Shown here: positions 58,259-64,000 of the stretch, in pieces
How positions within the stretch are numbered: position 1 is the stretch's first letter
How the letters are laid out: each line of letters begins with the position of its first letter
Assembly (NCBI GenBank): GCA_965214775.1
Contig: OZ243974.1
Span: 192,001 to 256,000 of the forward strand
DNA from: Nitrosopumilus sp.
GTDB lineage: Archaea; Thermoproteota; Nitrososphaeria; Nitrososphaerales; Nitrosopumilaceae
Direction: 5' to 3'
DNA: 64,000 bases
Notes under the pieces: generated by a model
Told to the model about the DNA's origin: nothing
Database searches by the model: none
The model's input: only the letters and a program-made list of their open reading frames with translations
Position numbers and translations under genes: made by a program

Positions 58259-60859
58259 CGGCCGGATCATCCACATTTATGTTACGCAGGCCGGAGATGG
58301 CAGGCGGCGTGGTGTCCCGTATCGTCACGGTCTGGGCGGCCGTGACAGCATTGCCAGAGGAATCGGCTGCAGTCCACGTTACCGTGGTGTTGCCGAGCGG
58401 GGACGATTCCGGTGCGTCGTTTGTTATTGTGGGGCTGGGATCGGCAATGTCGGTGACAATGGGAGTCCCATAGTCGCCGGCATTCAGGATTGTCATGATA
58501 CCGGTGGCCTCGACCGTATGATCGGCAGGTGCTGTGATACTCGGCGGCGTGGTGTCCTGTATCATCACGGTCTGGGCGGCCGTGACAGCATTACCAGAGA
58601 AATCGGTGGCAGTCCATGTGATTACCGTGTTGCCGAGCGGGAACGATTCCGGTGCGTCGTTTGTTATTGCCGGATCTGGATCTGCAATGTCGGATGCAGT
58701 GGCCTGTCCTATGGATACAACAGTCAGTACGCCGGCGGCCTCGGCCGTGACATCTGGCGGTGCAGTTATACCCGGCAGTGTCGTGTCCCGTATCGTAACA
58801 GTCTGGGTGTCAGTAGCCGCGTTGCCAGAGTCATCCATGGCAGTCCATGTTACAATGGTGTTGCCGAGCGGGAACGATTCCGGTGCGTCGTTTGTTATTG
58901 TGGGGCTGGGATCGACAATGTCGGTGGCAGTGGCCTGTCCTATTGACACAATAGTCAGTACGCCGGCGGCCTCTGCTGTACGGTCAGCAGGCGCCGTGAT
59001 CCGGGGCAGCGTCGTATCCTGAACCGTCACGGTCTGGACAGCTGTTGCCGCGTTGCCCGAGTCATCTGTGGCAGTCCACGTGATTACCGTGTCGCCTAGA
59101 GGAAACGATTCCGGGGCGTTGTGCGTGATGTCGGGATCTGGATCCCGGTTGTCGGTGGCAGTGGCCTGTCCTATGAATACGGCAGTCAGCACGCCGGCAG
59201 CCTCTGCCGTGACATCTGCAGGCGCCGTGATTACGGGGTCAGTCGTGTCAGGGGATCCGCCGCCACCGCCACCGCCACCGCCACCGCCACCGCCGTTGCT
59301 CCCTCCACTTGCCATTATTACAACATTGTCTATCTCGACATGCTCGCTTGAGGAGCTGGACTTTGCCACGAACCTGATTTCTGCGGTGTCCTCCGTAATA
59401 TCAAGTGACAGGGACTCGTTGCTCCACGAGTCGCTGTCCTCGTTGTTGTCGTGGGTATAACTTGCAAGACCTATCCAGTTGGTTCCATCTGCAGAGTACT
59501 CTACAAACAGGCCCTCCCCGGCATCGACACTGGAGTCGACGAACCTGTCAAAGGAGATGGTCAGCGCGTCCTGCGTGTCAAACGTCGAGGATATCGTGGC
59601 GATGCAGGCAGAGTCGCAGTTGCTTGATATGAGCGCCTGGTTTGTCCGGCTGTTCTCGCCGGGCACGTCCTCGCCGGGATTCCCCGTCTCCCAGTCAGAA
59701 TCGCCTGACATGTGCCATTCTGAAAGATCCGACTCAAAGTCGTCGGAGAACTCCGTGATCGGGACGACGAGGTCGTATGGGAACTTGTCTATCCCGTGGG
59801 TGCTTGCCAGGGTGTACGGCTCGCCTCTGACGGTCGTCAGCGTTCCGTCGGATCTCACGGTGATTGTATAGAATCCGGTCTCCGGCGCATCAAACACGAC
59901 AAACTCGTTGTTCTGGACGTCAGAGTCGCTTGTCTTTGTCACACCGTTGGGAAACGTCACCGCGAGGTCATAGTTGTGGTACTGGTTTGGAAGCTGGACA
60001 TGCGGGCTGTTGATCGGAAGGGTGGGCGACAGTACTGTGCCTCCCGGATGTATCAGCCAGGACAGCAGTACCTTTACCTGCTCGTTTGCATCTGCGTGGA
60101 TCCTGTACGAGTTTGCCGCAAAGTTCCTCAAGCTTTGGTCGTACAGGACGTTTGGGTGCTGATTGTCGTTGGCATAGTCAAGGGATCTCGTTACGTTGAG
60201 TATGCCAAAGCCGTACCGGTTCATGGTATCATATATCCCGGCCCTACGGTCATCATAGTCTGCTGCCGTAGCCGGCGTGTCTGCCTGCCAGTCTGCGCCA
60301 AGCAGCAGTGCAGACTTTATCTCCAGCTGCCGGTAGTCAGGCTGTTTTTCTAGGATCAGGGTACGGGCGCCTGCCACAAAGGCGTTGGCAAAGCTCGTAC
60401 CGCTGTCTATTAGGTAGTCACGGTTTTCCATATCTCTGCGATCTGCTGCCTGTGCAAGATCAAGATCTACGCCAATTGCGGTTATCTCGGGCTTTATTCT
60501 GGGTGCGTCGCCGCCTGGAGTGTTGAACAGGGCAGGGCCCGGAACACTATAACGCCATATGGTGCTGTCCTCGTCCACGGCACCCACGCTGATGTAGTTA
60601 AAGCCGCATGCTAGCTTCTGTATATGTGGTGGGGGAACCACCTCCGTGTTAACTACGCCGTTCCCAATGGCCATGGAAAAGCTCAAGCCTTCATGCACTG
60701 CCCTGTCGATGACAATGGTAAGGGCAGAGTAGTCATTACATCCAAAACTTTGACGATCTGCCCGTGATGAAAGCGCTACAGTAATATCGTTAGTCATTAT
60801 CTCATCAAGTGCCCTAGCAAAGGAATTTTTTGCAGCTGGACTCTCACCCACGCCATCTA

Positions 60860-61952
60860 TACTGACGATCATTGAAAATTTCGCCTGATTACACGTCTTG
60901 TGAAGGTTTATAGATCTCCGCCATGGCCCTTCTGACATGAACAAGACGAAAATCCTCACGGACGCCATGCATGTAGAAAAGGATAACAGGGTTTATACCA
61001 GAATCCTGGCGGTGCGCTCCGTACTGCTTGGCAACACCACTGCACAGACCGCAGAGATTGCCGACGTGACACAGCGTACCGTACAGATGTGGGTTGAGAG
61101 GTTTGAGCTTGACGGCGTTGACGGTCTCCGTGACTCCCCCAACAGGGGCAAAAAGCCAAAGGTTCCAATCAACAGGATAAAAAAGATCGCCATGAGGCTG
61201 CGCAGGATGGAAAAGCTCACCCCAAAGAAGATGCGCAACTGGGTGCGCCGCAAACTGCATGTAACATACAGCGTTGGAAGCATCAGAAGAATCCTGCGCA
61301 CGATGGGATTCTCGCTAAAGACGTCAACTACCAAGCTGGCAGATGCTGCCGACGCAAAGGAGGTAAGACGATGGCAAAGGGAGGCAAAAGACACGATTAG
61401 GCTTGCAAAAAGGCGCGGATTCAGGATAACCGTACAGGACGAGTCGATATTCGTCAGTACGGGAAGGGACGGCAAAAAGTTCTGGTCGCCAGTGGGGGAC
61501 AGAATCGAGGTGCAACGATCCGGCAGAAGGGAGCGCGTCGTGGTATACGGAACGGTTGCAGACGACGGAACCAGGCTGATGCGTACATACGACAAGTTCA
61601 ACAGCATAAACTTTGTGCGTTATCTCAAGCAGGCGCGCAAAAAGTGGGGAAAGGTTCTGATTGTGATGGACAACGCAGCACAGCATAGGACCGGAAGGGT
61701 CCGCATGTACCTGGAGAAAAATCCCGACGTTATCCTGCTGTACCTGCCGGTAGCCAGGCCGGAGCTGAGCGCCATAGAGCCAATTTGGAAGGATGCCAAG
61801 TACATACTGGTCACATCTGCCTTTTACGATTCGGCAGATCACCTCAAAAGGGATGTCTCGGAATACTTTAGGACGTGTTCCATCAAGGTTGACATCTACA
61901 AATATCTTGAGCGCCGTGTGTAATCAGGCGAAATTTTCAATGATCGTCAGTA
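60860..61952 (+). mobile_element. IS630-family element, canonical TA TSD
   Basis: Perfect 35-bp TIR TACTGACGATCATTGAAAATTTCGCCTGATTACAC; TA on both sides. Confidence 0.95.
60937..61923 (+). CDS. IS630-family transposase
   Basis: VQDES, MDNAAQH, RPELSAIE. Confidence 0.92.
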   Translation: MNKTKILTDAMHVEKDNRVYTRILAVRSVLLGNTTAQTAEIADVTQRTVQMWVERFELDGVDGLRDSPNRGKKPKVPINRIKKIAMRLRRMEKLTPKKMRNWVRRKLHVTYSVGSIRRILRTMGFSLKTSTTKLADAADAKEVRRWQREAKDTIRLAKRRGFRITVQDESIFVSTGRDGKKFWSPVGDRIEVQRSGRRERVVVYGTVADDGTRLMRTYDKFNSINFVRYLKQARKKWGKVLIVMDNAAQHRTGRVRMYLEKNPDVILLYLPVARPELSAIEPIWKDAKYILVTSAFYDSADHLKRDVSEYFRTCSIKVDIYKYLERRV

Positions 61953-62831
61953 TAGGCCAGCTAGGCGAATGTCATGGATCATAGAGTCGGGTGCCATTCC
62001 CACCATTGTGGAGTTGGTGCTGTTGGATACTATAATTGCGGAAATTGAAGTGGCGTGGTCGTCACCAGTCAGTGTAGTTTCAGTGCATTGGAGTTGGCTA
62101 CATATGATCGAAGCAGCCTTCTTATTTTGGAGGTCAGGGTGTGTAAAATCTGTACCCGTATCAATTAGTCCAACAGTGATCCCCTTGCCTGTATACGGAT
62201 ATGCGTCGGAGCCTACATTGGTGGCGTTAATTACGGCCTTGGCTTGCTCCAGTGTAATCCCCGGCGGTAATCCTGACGGTGATGCTGACGATGTCAGTTC
62301 CCCATGTCCGTCTCCAAGCTTGTAGACGTGATCATAACCTGCCAGATCTGCTATCCTGTTCACCGGGACGTCCGCGATGAGAAAGTCCAGACTCCTTGAC
62401 TTGAATATGTCCCGTGAGCCCATCCCCTTTAGCGTTTGCTCCAATCTGTCTTCGTATCCGTCATCTGTAATTATTATTACAGAATGCATAGCCAGTGTGG
62501 CGTTGTCTGCACGGTCTGTTCCTTCATGCGATGTCATGTTCTGCATACGCTGGATCTTTTCATAAAAACCGTCATCGAATTTGTACAGGTTGTCTTGTAC
62601 TTCGCCTGACTCTGAAAATGACAAAGTCGGAATGGAGAGCAAGACTGGTAGCAGAATGGCAAGACATGCTGCTTGATTCATGATTGGAGGTTATCATGGC
62701 GCTTTATAAAAAACGTTTGTAACCATCTATGTTAAAACGCCCGGGCCCTTTAGCGGCGGCGGACTATGTCTCTCTAATCCATGCCTAGTTTAACATGGGC
62801 CGCTTTATAGCTTGCGCTGGGTACAGGGGGA

Positions 62832-63895
62832 TGTATTATATGAAAATTATGTCGCACCATCACCGGTGTCCTCCTCCATCCATTTTGGGTTGCTTTTCCT
62901 GATCGCTTCTGTGGCCTCCCTGTCGGAGAATGCCCGCAGAGGCGTCTCGTAATTGTCGATGTCAAGCGACCAGTGCAGCCTGTCCTCGTTGTAGTAGCCT
63001 ATGTACGCAGACAGGCTCTCGTGGTTCCATATCTCCTCCTCGATGCTCCGATGGAAGCGCTCCAGCTTGCCGTTGGTCTGCGGGTGGTACGGCCTGGAGT
63101 TTATCAGCTCGATTCCGAGGTTGAGCAGCTCCTCCTCAAAGGCAGTCGGCGTCCACCCTTTCTTGGGAGGGTTCTTCCTCTTCTTCGAGTCCGAGCGTGC
63201 CCCGACAAAGCACTTGCCATTGTCTGATAGAATAGTAGCAGGTGCGCCGAACTGGGCCACGGCCTGCCGCAGGACCTCCACGACGTTCTCCGAGGTGGCC
63301 TCCCTGAACAGGCCCGCACCAGTCACGCACCTGGACGAGTCGTCCAGAAACGTGACCAGATTGAGCCCTGCAAAGCGCGGATCCTTCATGGTATGCCAGT
63401 CCACGTGCCACATGGCATTGGAGTATTTGCGCTCAAAGCGGACGTATTTTCTTGGCATTGATTTTGCGGGCGACGGCGTCACCAGTCCGTTTTCTTTCAT
63501 TATCCTGTATACCTCATAGTAGCTTATATCGAGTTGCCTTCGCAGCCTCCTGGCCGTATGAGCCACCCCTGCTGCACTGTGCTTGTGCTCCTGCAAGACG
63601 GCGCGCACGGCCCCGTCGGGAACCGGAGCGCTCCTTTTCCTTCCCGGCCTGGGCGGCACGTGGTGCGTGCCGCCTGTCTTCCTGAACCGGGCGTACATCC
63701 GCTGGACGTGCCTTGTCGTGACGCCTACTCCGGGGCCACCTCCGAGGGCCTTCGTCCCCCTGCACACTGCGTCACTGCGTATCGGATCTGCTTTGCCTCG
63801 AGCCTTGCAACCATCGGTTTTCTTGATCGGTAAAGCCCAAAGCAATCCCTTGCAACCCTCTTCAAATTAGTGCGACCTAATTTTCGTACAATAGA
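62832..63895 (-). mobile_element. IS481-family element with frameshifted transposase (ATG 63814 to stop 62847)
   Basis: TIRs TGTATTATATGAAAATTATGTCGCAC / T(C)TATTGTACGAAAATTAGGTCGCAC; WHVD, LDDSSR, SDNG, PQTNGKLERF; frameshift near 63727. Confidence 0.85.
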
Positions 63896-64000
63896 CCCTC
63901 CCCTGAAATCAGAAACAGATTTCAGAACCCGATCAGTTACCGGAGGAGGGTGTTCGGGCAACATGCTGAGCAGCGTATGCCGGTTCGCCTGCCGCCCTAG

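Larger units (their letters stand above)
55092..62681 (-). pseudogene. Giant secreted S8 subtilase (S8 + MAM-like + HYR repeats + LamG) split by two IS630 elements
   Basis: Signal peptide; IDTG / DDHAT / SGTSFA triad; DTT.P.ITAP HYR repeats; LamG WHHIAFTYDG...LDELRVY. Removing both IS restores one 1686-aa frame. Confidence 0.88.

Noticed and set aside
62733-62765. IS200/IS605-like end hairpin (CGCCCGGGCCCTTTAGCGGCGGCG)
   Set aside because: Weak resemblance and no tnpA/tnpB nearby.
1-64000. tRNA, rRNA, cas, casposase or reverse transcriptase genes
   Set aside because: None recognisable by eye or in the ORF track; tRNAscan-SE and HMM searches were not run.

Overview
Window from an ammonia-oxidising thaumarchaeon (Nitrosopumilaceae-like). 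The IS/MITE load and GC-rich giant secreted proteases suggest a host-associated, sponge-symbiont-like lineage (inference). Core blocks: rad50 3' end, rpl15e, serA, class II fumarase/aspartase, MiaB-like methylthiotransferase, ftsZ, rpl31e/rpl39e, split methionine synthase with a MetF-like gene, a sulfonate/nitrate-type ABC transporter, the LysW-dependent arg/lys cluster and dph5. Accessory blocks: an integrase + type III R-M island bounded by 467-bp direct repeats, TA-like modules, modular secreted proteases (all disrupted), IS630, IS5/ISL2-like, IS481 and IS66 elements or relics, and at least six MITE families. Most notable: (i) an IS630-type transposon group with ~130-bp TIRs that inserts at C^G instead of duplicating TA, shown at two independent sites; (ii) a MITE-bounded composite element with a 5-bp TSD carrying a divergent wHTH gene pair; (iii) a conserved out-of-frame 38-codon tail behind both integrase copies; (iv) an unexplained 124-bp non-coding repeat at the 3' ends of two secreted protease genes; (v) a second LysW ending in EDWGQ. 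All calls come from reading the sequence by eye; no database searches were run.
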